From a virus: a DNA stretch of 61,150 bases. Positions 8,287 through 17,500 of the stretch are shown here, piece by piece (the stretch's first letter is position 1; every line of letters starts with the position of its first letter). The translations under genes and the position numbers were made by a program. The notes beneath the pieces are model-generated. The model saw only the letters and a program-made list of their open reading frames with translations. It did not search any database and was not told the DNA's origin. The DNA lies in IMG/VR virus record IMGVR_UViG_3300025572_000003; one strand, written 5' to 3'.

Positions 8287-8964
8287 ATGGCTACCGATCC
8301 TGAACTTGGTGAAAAGATCCATAAACACCTTGTTGCCCTGGGGCTTGAAACGCCGATGGAGAAGAATCCAGAAGCACCCCTATTGGTCGACGGGGTACCC
8401 TTGAATAAGTTCGACAGTATTAAGCATTGCCACCACTTGACAATGCGTTCATTGGGTTTGGATCTTAATGACGACTCGTTGCGGGACACACCTAAGCGGA
8501 TCGCGAAGATGTACTGCAATGAGATCTTCACCGGACTCGATTACGCAAACTTCCCCAAGGCGACCACTGTTGAGAACAAGATGCAGTACAATGAAATGGT
8601 CTGCGTCAGTGGTATCACAGTACAGTCTATGTGTGAGCACCATTTCCTCCCGTTTGTTGGGACCGCATCTGTAGCGTATATTCCCGACAAGCTTGTACTC
8701 GGACTCAGCAAGTTCAATCGGGTGGTTGAATTCTTCTCTCGTAGGCCGCAGATTCAGGAAAGACTTACCGAACAGATCTCGGCAGCATTGCGGCTTATTC
8801 TCCAGACCGAAGATGTTGCAGTAGTCATCAATGCAGATCACTATTGCGTCAAGCTCCGCGGTATTCGTGATGGATGCTCAAACACCGTAACTTCTCGTTT
8901 GGCAGGTAAATTCCGCACTGTACCTGAACTGCGTGCAGAATTTCTGGCTTTGAGCCGTACGTGA
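8287..8964 (+). CDS. folE: GTP cyclohydrolase I
   Basis: CEHHFLPF zinc/active-site motif, typical length. First step of the preQ0 pathway. Confidence 0.9.
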   Translation: MATDPELGEKIHKHLVALGLETPMEKNPEAPLLVDGVPLNKFDSIKHCHHLTMRSLGLDLNDDSLRDTPKRIAKMYCNEIFTGLDYANFPKATTVENKMQYNEMVCVSGITVQSMCEHHFLPFVGTASVAYIPDKLVLGLSKFNRVVEFFSRRPQIQERLTEQISAALRLILQTEDVAVVINADHYCVKLRGIRDGCSNTVTSRLAGKFRTVPELRAEFLALSRT

Positions 8965-8984
8965 GGATGCTCTAAAAATAAAGT

Positions 8985-9017
8985 GGGGTGGATCCCGACG
9001 ACGAAAGGATCCACCCC
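8985..9017. terminator. bidirectional stem-loop between convergent plus and minus gene blocks
   Basis: GGGGTGGATCC (8985-8995) / GGATCCACCCC (9007-9017), an 11-bp perfect stem. The A-run upstream gives a U-tract for the minus strand. Confidence 0.75.
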
Positions 9018-9063
9018 TGCTGGTTTATGACGCCCGAATAATCGGAGGCAAACTACTCGGACA

Positions 9064-9273
9064 TCACCAGCATCCCTGTGACTCACCGTATTCGTTGTGT
9101 GCGAAGATCATATCTTCGGTCTCCTTGGTGAGTACATCTGCATGTGAAGGCCGGATAACTCGCCAGCCCGCACAGTTAGTCCCTATACCACTTGTTCCGC
9201 AAGCGCTGAGTAACGTCATCAGCAGCATTACGAACACGGTCTTCGATGTTATTGCGCAACCGTTCATTTTCAT
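9064..9273 (-). CDS. o-spanin (outer-membrane lipoprotein spanin subunit)
   Basis: Signal peptide plus lipobox LLSAC. Overlaps the 3' part of the i-spanin gene in another frame. Confidence 0.65.
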   Translation of the reverse strand: MKMNGCAITSKTVFVMLLMTLLSACGTSGIGTNCAGWRVIRPSHADVLTKETEDMIFAHNEYGESQGCW

Positions 9274-9421
9274 AGTTAGCCCTCATCTGTTTGTCCTGCT
9301 CCTGCTTTTTGCCGTCATTCTTCCCTTTGAAGAACGCCATAGCAATTGCCAGTAGAGCACCTAGGCCGACCAAAAGTTCTCCTAGGAATGGCTTGACAAG
9401 CCCATAGATAATGTCGAGCAT
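9176..9421 (-). CDS. i-spanin candidate (N-terminal TM helix + charged coiled coil)
   Basis: TM segment LLVGLGALLAIAMAFF followed by a K/E/R-rich helix. Immediately downstream of the endolysin and overlapped by the lipoprotein ORF. Confidence 0.55.
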   Translation of the reverse strand: MLDIIYGLVKPFLGELLVGLGALLAIAMAFFKGKNDGKKQEQDKQMRANYENERLRNNIEDRVRNAADDVTQRLRNKWYRD

Positions 9422-9424
9422 ATG

Positions 9425-10561
9425 TCACTCCTGGATTGCTGTCTGGTTCATACGCATCCATCGACGGATAAGTCCGTACATGATGAAGGCAATACCAGCA
9501 ACTACGATTGCACCCAACGCAAACTGCAGAATCTGATTACCCTCTACCAGGTTTCGAACCGTATCCACATGTTCAATAGCCTGATCAAGGGTAATTCCTG
9601 CAACTACAAGTCCACCACCGGCTGTTTCGGGTTTAGTGGATGGAGAGGTTGCAATTGGCTCATTTGAAGAAGGCTCAATAACTCTGGTAGCGGCGAGTCT
9701 CGCTTCGATCGCGGCAAGAGTTGCAGGGCCTGCAATGCCGTCGACCTTCAGCTTATTAGCCTTCTGAAAGTCACGAATAGCCCGCTCTGTTGCAGGACCC
9801 ATCCGGCCGTCAACAATGAGCTTTGGATTAGCTCCGAGTGCATTAAGATCTCGTTGCAGCTGCCGCGTCTTACTGTCGGTACGCGCAACATCCCAAGAAG
9901 TTGCCGTACCACCCATAATCCGCCAAACCTTATTGAACCAGCCCATCCGATCGTTATAGCCATTGTATCCGCCGTTAATCACTTTGGTAATGGCTCTTGC
10001 ATCGTTTTTGTCGGCAAGTGCATTGAGCTTATGCCTAGACCAGAAGCTCAGTGCAGGAAGAAGAATTACTGACGGAGTTGCAATCTTATCTGGATCTGCA
10101 TAGAGATCGATACCAATCTCCGCACTGAGACGCTTGTACTCATGTCCGCCAGTATTCTGCAGAGGACCGCCACCACGGTACTTGTAGCCATCACCCTTGC
10201 GAGTATTGCCGAGCTCTTTAGCCTTCTTCGGGTTGCCTAGACCATACACACGTTCTGCAAGTGCTTCAGGGTTATGCGCTAGTGCAGATGCTTCTGCTTT
10301 GGTAATTGCTGCAGAATGCTTGTTGACGCCAAAGACCTGCATAATTCGGGTTGCAGAATAGTTCATATTCTCCCGAACTGCAGTCAGCCCGCCAGACTCA
10401 TGCAGGATCTGTGCAAGGAAGTGTGCAGCACGCAGCTTGTTGTCGATCCCATAGCTTGCCCATAGGTTATTAGCATCTGCCAGTTCGAATGCCTTAAGGT
10501 AGATACTATTGGCATTCTTCAGACCAAGCTGCTTAATGATTGGATACAATTGCATCGACAT
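9425..10561 (-). CDS. endolysin: GH19 (chitinase-like) lysozyme + PG_binding_1 domain + C-terminal TM helix
   Basis: GH19 motifs HFLAQILHESGG and YKYRGGGPLQNTG. PG-binding repeat DGRMGPATERAIRDFQ..VDGIAGPAT. C-terminal FALGAIVVAGIAFIMYGLI. Start ATG 10561 has GGAGG 7 nt upstream. The longer ORF to 11008 overlaps the upstream gene. Confidence 0.85.
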   Translation of the reverse strand: MSMQLYPIIKQLGLKNANSIYLKAFELADANNLWASYGIDNKLRAAHFLAQILHESGGLTAVRENMNYSATRIMQVFGVNKHSAAITKAEASALAHNPEALAERVYGLGNPKKAKELGNTRKGDGYKYRGGGPLQNTGGHEYKRLSAEIGIDLYADPDKIATPSVILLPALSFWSRHKLNALADKNDARAITKVINGGYNGYNDRMGWFNKVWRIMGGTATSWDVARTDSKTRQLQRDLNALGANPKLIVDGRMGPATERAIRDFQKANKLKVDGIAGPATLAAIEARLAATRVIEPSSNEPIATSPSTKPETAGGGLVVAGITLDQAIEHVDTVRNLVEGNQILQFALGAIVVAGIAFIMYGLIRRWMRMNQTAIQE

Positions 10562-10634
10562 CTTAGCCTCCATAGTTATAGTAGTCACAGGCCTTTCGAA
10601 CTTTGCCACATGGCGTCGGTTGCGATGAGAGTGG

Positions 10635-11045
10635 TCACGACGGCCACTCCATAGGCACAGCGCCCGCCAGCTCGGCGATGAATTGCTCAACGGTCGGCTG
10701 CTCTCGCTCGCCGTTCTCGACCTTCGCAAGCTCGGCGAAGACGTAGGCCCACACAGCATCCCGCCACGCCACGAACGCCTGCGCCTCAGCCGCCCATTGC
10801 GGGTTGGTTGAGTCGACGTAGGAAGCACATGAGACCGCATTGTCGTAGTCGCGGGCCTGCGCTGTAGCATCGACATGCGCGCGGATGGCGGCACGGTAGT
10901 CTTCGAGCGACGGCGGCGGATTGAGAAAAGCCGCAATCTCTGGGTCGGTTTCAGGCAGCGGCTCCGGGTCGGTGAGTCCCTCTTGCGGGAGGCCGTATAG
11001 CGCCACAATCGCGCCGTCGCTGTTCCGTTCTACATAGTACATCAT
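10635..11045 (-). CDS. hypothetical protein, possible tail-fiber assembly chaperone
   Basis: ATGA overlap with the upstream fiber gene stop (11042-11045). Position directly after the fiber gene. Acidic, Trp-rich C-terminal half. Confidence 0.35.
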   Translation of the reverse strand: MMYYVERNSDGAIVALYGLPQEGLTDPEPLPETDPEIAAFLNPPPSLEDYRAAIRAHVDATAQARDYDNAVSCASYVDSTNPQWAAEAQAFVAWRDAVWAYVFAELAKVENGEREQPTVEQFIAELAGAVPMEWPS

Positions 11046-12469
11046 GCGCCGATCCTCGGAATTTGATAGTCGATCCAGCCCCGACAGCGTAGACTGCAAG
11101 GAGTAGAGGGGTGCGGACTGTTAGTAACCTCCAGTTGAATTTGCTGCGTTGTGTTCGTGAACGCCATAATTGGCGTGACGCTAGTCATCGCGCCAGCTGA
11201 TGAATGCAGGGCAGCAGTGTCTCGAATGTCTGGGTGCAGACCATCGTACACGTACATATGCACATACGCATTACTTCCCGCCGTGTTCAGCACGGCCTGA
11301 AAAAGCCCCTGCACGCGCACGCCGTTCGGAACCACCACAGACAGCGGAGCTTTTGCGCGCGTCGTGGTGGCCGAATAGACCACGATGCCATCTGCGGCAT
11401 TGAAAAGAAACGTGTTACCGTTTTGCACAAACGGCCGGATGTTCCCGCTGCCATCGGTCATGATCGCTCCGAGCCGCTGTATGCGCGTGTGGCCAGACGG
11501 AACCGCGGGGTTTGTTGCCGAGAGGGCAAGCGTCGCCGTAAATTCACCCGTGGTATTGTTGCGAAACGCCCAGACGTGGTAGGTCGTGTTCGGCTGCTTT
11601 GGGGCAACGCCAAATGTCGCGGTGTACACGGCTGGGTTGACGACCGTCACTCCATTGCTATAGGCGCGCCCTGGCGCAATGTCGATTTTGTTGTTTGGGT
11701 CAGCCGCATTGTTCGAAAGCGTCAGCCCCTGGACAAACCCATCCAGCGCAATGCCGCTGTGCCAGATAGTGCGGAAGTTGGTCCCATCGTACCACGACAA
11801 ATTTTCGCCAACAAATAATAGCCTTGCGGCAGTCGCTCCATCAGGAGTACGAATCTCAATTACTATGCGCCTGTTTGTGTTGTCCCAGTATATGACAGCA
11901 TTTTGCAGGGAGCCGTCAGCATTCCTGAACCGGATACTGTTGTATCCATCACCGCTCATGAATATGTTCGAGCCCAGCACATCGAGCTGACCATCCACCT
12001 GGATGTTGCCGCGGGCTCTGGCGGTCACGCCGTTCGAGGCCTTGATCTTCTTGCCGGTGGTGGCGTCGAACAGGACAACCTCGTTGTTAACCACACCGCC
12101 ACTCGGGCCGAAGACATCGCCGATGCCGTCTGGATCAGGCAGCTCACGCACGAGCGCCAAATACTCACCCAACTTCCGCCCGTAATTGCGCGGGTCGGTG
12201 TGCGCGATGCCGCGCATCACCACATACGCCCCGTTGGTGATGTTGGCGCCTGTCCAGTTGAGGGCCAGTCTCAGCTCGGTATCCGAGATGATCTCCTCGA
12301 CCAGGCCAATCGCACCACCCGTGAGGAAGAGATCGCCCTGCTCAAGGGCCGAGGTCCATGCGCCGCCGGTTCCGGTCACAATCCGGCTGCCGTTGGTCAC
12401 AGTCGCGACCGAGCCTTGCCCCGCGCCGGGGATGTTGGTTCCGTAGAGGTAGGGATATGCAAGCGTCAT
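11042..12469 (-). CDS. tail fiber / receptor-binding protein candidate
   Basis: 475 aa, Gly/Thr/Asn-rich and beta-rich. Last large gene of the tail module. Confidence 0.5.
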   Translation of the reverse strand: MTLAYPYLYGTNIPGAGQGSVATVTNGSRIVTGTGGAWTSALEQGDLFLTGGAIGLVEEIISDTELRLALNWTGANITNGAYVVMRGIAHTDPRNYGRKLGEYLALVRELPDPDGIGDVFGPSGGVVNNEVVLFDATTGKKIKASNGVTARARGNIQVDGQLDVLGSNIFMSGDGYNSIRFRNADGSLQNAVIYWDNTNRRIVIEIRTPDGATAARLLFVGENLSWYDGTNFRTIWHSGIALDGFVQGLTLSNNAADPNNKIDIAPGRAYSNGVTVVNPAVYTATFGVAPKQPNTTYHVWAFRNNTTGEFTATLALSATNPAVPSGHTRIQRLGAIMTDGSGNIRPFVQNGNTFLFNAADGIVVYSATTTRAKAPLSVVVPNGVRVQGLFQAVLNTAGSNAYVHMYVYDGLHPDIRDTAALHSSAGAMTSVTPIMAFTNTTQQIQLEVTNSPHPSTPCSLRCRGWIDYQIPRIGA

Positions 12470-12527
12470 AGCCGTGCGCTCCTCGACCGCGTGCTACGCG
12501 GCACGAAATAGTTGCTCAGGATTGTGT

Positions 12528-12899
12528 TCAGAGGTTGCGCGGCAGCGGGATACCCGCCGTACTCAAGGCCGCAGCAATTTCGGCGTGCGTCTGGGCGGCC
12601 CGCACAGCCTGTTTTACGGCAACACGCCGCAGTTTGCGCTCCAACGTTTCCTCAGACATAACCAGAACGCGCGAGGCGAGATCAGCCACTGACATGCCTC
12701 GCATGTCGGCCTCCGCCACGAAGGCAGCTGGTGGTGTGCCTCCATCCCTAACATGCATTGCGGCAGCAATAGTAGCGGCATCTTCGCTGGCCAGCATGAG
12801 CCTTGGCGAGACTTGTGCGAAATGCATATCGATAGCGCGCTCAGCCTGTTCACGGAAGGCGTCAAGAGGCGGAGCGACAGTGATGGCTTGGTTGGTCAT
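12528..12899 (-). CDS. hypothetical protein
   Basis: ORF track. High-GC codon pattern consistent with neighbours. Confidence 0.45.
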   Translation of the reverse strand: MTNQAITVAPPLDAFREQAERAIDMHFAQVSPRLMLASEDAATIAAAMHVRDGGTPPAAFVAEADMRGMSVADLASRVLVMSEETLERKLRRVAVKQAVRAAQTHAEIAAALSTAGIPLPRNL

Positions 12900-13291
12900 T
12901 AGCGCACCTCCACAGTGAAGCGAGCATCACGCTGCGGGAAGGCTTCAATGGCGATCTCGTAGGTGCCCGGCAGGACGAACGTAAGATCGGCGGCATCCAC
13001 CTCTGCGGTGAACGTCTGCGTCGCGGGCCCAGTGATGGAAACGCGGGCACCAGGCACCAAACCGGAAAGCGTCACAGACTGGCCCGCCTCTATCGTCGTC
13101 TTGTCCAGCGCAGCCGTCGAAGCCGGTCGCATGCGCAAGGCACCATCGACGACATACCCGACAGATGGGTCGTGCGAGACCTCGATAAAAGAAAGGCCCC
13201 GCTTCTCAAGCAGTGTCCTGTAGCTGGCAGGATCAGCGACGCTGGCCGTCTGCACGATACGGCCCGTCTCATCATAGATAACGAAGGTCAT
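12899..13291 (-). CDS. hypothetical protein
   Basis: ORF track. Start/stop coupled to neighbours. Confidence 0.45.
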   Translation of the reverse strand: MTFVIYDETGRIVQTASVADPASYRTLLEKRGLSFIEVSHDPSVGYVVDGALRMRPASTAALDKTTIEAGQSVTLSGLVPGARVSITGPATQTFTAEVDAADLTFVLPGTYEIAIEAFPQRDARFTVEVR

Positions 13292-13671
13292 GTGATATTC
13301 CCTATAACGAAGAAGATAAAGGGCCCGGTGAGGCCACCAGCCGTATGCACAGTAACCCGATCTTGGTAAACGGTATACCAGAAACCAAAATCATATGAAT
13401 GGACATAATTGTATCCATTCCAAGTAGCCGCGACTTCGCGTATAGGTGTGAGCCCGTCAAAGCGATGGCCGATAACGAGCGGGAATGTCGGATAGACTCG
13501 GCTGAAGTAGGCAGTACCACCAGACTCGGCGATAACATGGCGCTCGCAGATCGCCGCTTTGTACTTGGACGAAAACGACAACCCGGGGTCGAGATCGCTA
13601 GCGACACCTCCCGCCACCGAAGCGACGCGAAACGGGTCAGCCGGATTTCCCATCTCAAGATGTAGCGCCAT
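13288..13671 (-). CDS. hypothetical protein
   Basis: ORF track. 4-nt overlap with the downstream gene. Confidence 0.45.
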   Translation of the reverse strand: MALHLEMGNPADPFRVASVAGGVASDLDPGLSFSSKYKAAICERHVIAESGGTAYFSRVYPTFPLVIGHRFDGLTPIREVAATWNGYNYVHSYDFGFWYTVYQDRVTVHTAGGLTGPFIFFVIGNIT

Positions 13672-14093
13672 CAGAATGTCCTCCGATAGATGATGTAGAG
13701 CGCATAGCTTGCAATGAGTTCAGGAGGACCAGTCCACCACCGATGCGCTGCGATATAAAGCTGCGTTTGCGACACGCTGTACACCAGCTCGAAATATGCT
13801 CTCATGAAGCCGTAAGAATCCACAAAATGGGGCGGGACAGTGATGGCCCCATTCGTGACACCACACACGAACGCCTCCGGCACCGCATCATATGGGCCGA
13901 TATTGATCGTTGTTGCTCGATGGTAGGAAGGCGTGCCAACTCCCTGCTCAGGAAGAAACGCGAGCCCCATTTCCAGTATTTGCCCGAAGTTCGCGCCAAG
14001 ATAAAGCAATAGATCAGATATACCGGCCGTATCGACGTCAAATCCGGGCTTGGAAATCTTCAACGTTGTTGCGTCGAGAAGAACACGCTTCAC
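13671..14093 (-). CDS. hypothetical protein (140 aa), paralog of 14098..14520
   Basis: GTG 14093 with GGAG 7 nt upstream, 4 nt after the upstream stop. Shares RV.L...L..S.PG.DV.TA with its neighbour. Confidence 0.45.
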   Translation of the reverse strand: MKRVLLDATTLKISKPGFDVDTAGISDLLLYLGANFGQILEMGLAFLPEQGVGTPSYHRATTINIGPYDAVPEAFVCGVTNGAITVPPHFVDSYGFMRAYFELVYSVSQTQLYIAAHRWWTGPPELIASYALYIIYRRTF

Positions 14094-14097
14094 TCCC

Positions 14098-14520
14098 TTA
14101 CTCCATGATGAAGATGACGTACTTGAAGGTTGCGTCCCCACTATCGTATGGGCTAACGTACGTGAAGTACACAGTCCTGCTCCCCGGTGCCCCGCCCCAG
14201 ACAGCCTTGAATCGCACGTTTGAAAATACGATTTGGCTAGTGTCGCGCTGAAAATAACTGAACGGGACCAGTGTATTAGGTCCCGCTGCCGCGCACCACC
14301 ACATCGCGGGAACACCCGTGATGAAGGACGGCAACGCGATTACCTGATTGATGGAGACATAGCCGGACATCACCACCGACGCGACCTCCCCCCACTCGGT
14401 AGAGAAAGACAGGTCCGTGATGCTGCTTGGATCGGCTGTGAACACATCGATGCCAGGCAGAGAGACGAAAAGCCCAATCGGCCCAGCCGGATGCTGCCCG
14501 AGAATAACCCTACGAGTCAC
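14098..14520 (-). CDS. hypothetical protein (140 aa), paralog of 13671..14093
   Basis: ORF track. N-terminal RVILG..GLFVSLPGIDVFTA. Confidence 0.45.
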   Translation of the reverse strand: MTRRVILGQHPAGPIGLFVSLPGIDVFTADPSSITDLSFSTEWGEVASVVMSGYVSINQVIALPSFITGVPAMWWCAAAGPNTLVPFSYFQRDTSQIVFSNVRFKAVWGGAPGSRTVYFTYVSPYDSGDATFKYVIFIME

Positions 14521-17500
14521 TGATCACGATCCTCGCGTTGTCTAGCTCAATGCGCAGACGGTTATTACTGCTGCGCACAACACCGGCTGTGAGATCACCG
14601 ACGTTGCCTGAGATGGCCGACAGTTGCGACACCGCCAGCGCCGGTGCAGCGATGGTGCCATCCGCAATCAGGTCGCCCTTGATGGACACCTTGGCCTGCC
14701 CGCCACGAGTGAGGATTGAGAAGAAGTACTCCGCCGGCACACTGGGGTCCGTCGATGGCGGGCCGATCAGGAACTTGTCCGTCCTGACGCGGAACTCGTT
14801 GACCAAGTTACCAGTCGAGCCAGTGCCAGTGATGCTCTCGAAGCCAGCCAGGTAGCCATTGGCATCGATCGATACCTTGTAGCTGCCGACGATACTGCCC
14901 TTCCAATCGGACAGCGCGCCAAGGGTCGCAGACACCGTGACGTTGTTGTTGTCGTAGTCGGCGACAATCTCCGAGCCCAGAACAGCAAGAGCCTTGTTAG
15001 CGGCCGCCTCAACATTGGAAATCTGACTGGCCTGTGCTGTGACAGTCGCAGTGACATTGTTCAAGCCATTCTCCAGGCCTGCGATGTCGTCTGACATTTC
15101 GTCCAGATCATCGCTGACCGTTACGCCATTGGCTTCATACTTGGCGACGATTTCCGAGCCCAGCGTGGCGAGTGCTTTTTCGGCGTCTGCCTCAACACTG
15201 GCAATCTGGGTCGCCTGCGCCGAGACGGTGCCCCTGATCTGAGTCAGGTTGTCAGAAACGGTCCTGTCGGTCAGATCGTACTCGGCCGTGATCTGCGATC
15301 CCAGCACCGCCTTGGCATAGTCAGCCGTCGCCTGTACAGTCGCTATCTGACGGATGGCGGCCCGTGCCGCGCCTTCGGCCGCGTCGGCAATCACATGCCC
15401 CTCGGCGGCGAGATCAGCAATCTCCTGGAGCTGCGGTGCCTGCAGGATGAAGTCGCGCAGTTCGCTCTTCAGGTCATCCTCGTCAAGCCGGATCGTGAGG
15501 AAGTCACCACGCAACTCAACATCAATACCTTCAACATCCACCACGCTCCACGGCCCCTCAAGATTGCTGACCGTGATCGGGCGTACACGCAGCTTGAGAT
15601 CAACCGGTGCGACGATCACTTGCAGGGATGGCGTCGAGCCGCGATAGACCTCGTCCCAGCTCTCACCGCCATCGTAGGACACCTGCGCCACGTAGAGTGC
15701 GGCCCCGTTTGGCGGCATCCACCCAGCCCGCAGCATGGCATTCGTCCCCTGCTGTGCCATCATCGCCGCGATCTGCGTGATCACCGGCACGGACGGCTCA
15801 AGGAACGGCGGCACAGGCGCAGGAGGCGGCACACCATCCTCGGTGATGTCGTAGACCTCCGGCGCATCGATAACCGTCTCGATGTCCATGTACCGGCCAT
15901 CCGGCGAGGACGTGCCACGCGTGACCAGCCCGTGATAGGTCCGCGGCTCGCCTGCAGAAAACACGAACGAGCACGCCTCCTCCGTAGGCTGGCGCGCGAT
16001 GGCCACCGCAGCAGTGATGCCCTGATCTGCCTCCACTGCAGCGAGGTCCAAAGCCTCGAAAATGGCGATGTCGTCTGCACCGCCACGCAGTACACGCACA
16101 GGCCCGAAGGGGCTCCCGTTGCGCCGACGCACCTCGAGGTAATGATTGCCAGTCGGCTGCCACTCCACCGGCCGCGACAACTTGACCTGCCGCGTCGCTG
16201 CGTTGTAGGCCTCAACATAGCCGCTCTGCCCCCACGTCTGAGGCAGGTCAGACGAGATGGCGACGAGATCGCCACGCTTGAGCAGACGCCCCTCCATCTC
16301 TACACGGCACGACACGGTCCGGCGACGGTAGCGGCTGACGGCGGCCAGATGCCGCGCTACACCAACGGCCTGCGCACGCTTCGTCAAGCCCGGCACTTGA
16401 ACACGCGCAGGCATGGAGAGCATCTGCCCAGCCGGTGCCGAGGAGACATCAGCCAGTCGCCACGTGGTCTCGTCCAGATACTCGACGACGACACCATCGG
16501 CCCACTCCTCGTCCTGCAGGTTACGAACGATGGAGAGTGAGCCGCGCACCATCTCCCGGTCGGTGATGAGCATCGTCGGCAGGCCACGTGGCTCGTCGCG
16601 CACCATGGTTAGCCGGTCGCCAATGAAGGCAGGGTTGGCACGGCCGACGCGCAGTGCGGTCTCAATGGCCTCCTGGATCGAAGTCGGCTCGGTGAACACG
16701 TGGTCGAACGTGTGCCCGAGGCTGTCGTAGAGAGCCGCGTAGCTGGCAAATGTCTGCAGGTCCACGTTCGCCAGCGGCAGGCCAGCCGAGTAGATAGGGT
16801 TCGACCAGATATCGAGCGCAGCCCAGACAGGATTGCGCGTCGGCTGCTCCACCCACGTCGAGCCGTTCCAGGCCGCTACCATGCGCGTGGCGATCACACC
16901 GATCTTGCGGCTTGAGAGTCCGGACAGCGTGGCGTCGGCCTGCATGCGCAGAGCAATGGTCGTCACATGCGGGAACGTCTGCGGCCCGTCGATGTGGGCC
17001 CTCAGAGCCGACCAGACGACCTGGTTGGCGCCACGCACCTTGCCACCATAAAGCGACTGCCCGTCGATCTCGGCATCGGTCCGACGCGCGCGCACCTCAA
17101 ACCGCCCGGGCGATACATTCACTCGCTCGGTGACGCGGATTTGTGACTGCTTGGTGAACTGGTAGCCCTTCGACAGGATGGTGAACCAGCCGCCCACCGG
17201 CTCACCGGCGTCAGTGACGTACCGTGCCTGCACCTCAATCCCTGTGTGCGCCCACAGAACCCTATCTTTGTAGGTCGTGTAGGAGCCGCCCGGCCACACG
17301 AAGTCGAGCAGGATCGTCTTGGCCTGCGTGCCGGCCGCATTGACGATAAAGCCACCGATCCACGTGGACGGGTCCGGCAGTCGCTGGCCACCCACCTCAC
17401 TCGCCGTCACGACATTGACGGGGAAGAGATCGACCTGCTCACCTGGCTCATTGATCTCAACTGCGACCGAGCCTGCAAAAGAGGGCAGCACGCCATCGGT

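Noticed and set aside
9425-11008. 527-aa ORF suggesting a much longer endolysin
   Set aside because: The first 149 codons are Arg/Ser/Thr/Pro-rich, typical of an out-of-frame read of high-GC DNA. They overlap CDS 10635..11045. A GGAGG RBS precedes the internal ATG at 10561, where the GH19 domain begins.
15395-16540. 381-aa plus-strand ORF, and many other 60-200-aa ORFs on both strands between 10.6 and 19.1 kb
   Set aside because: They lie antisense or out of frame within the J-like and neighbouring genes. Their Arg/Pro/Ala-rich, low-complexity translations are the expected artefact of stop-codon-poor high-GC sequence.
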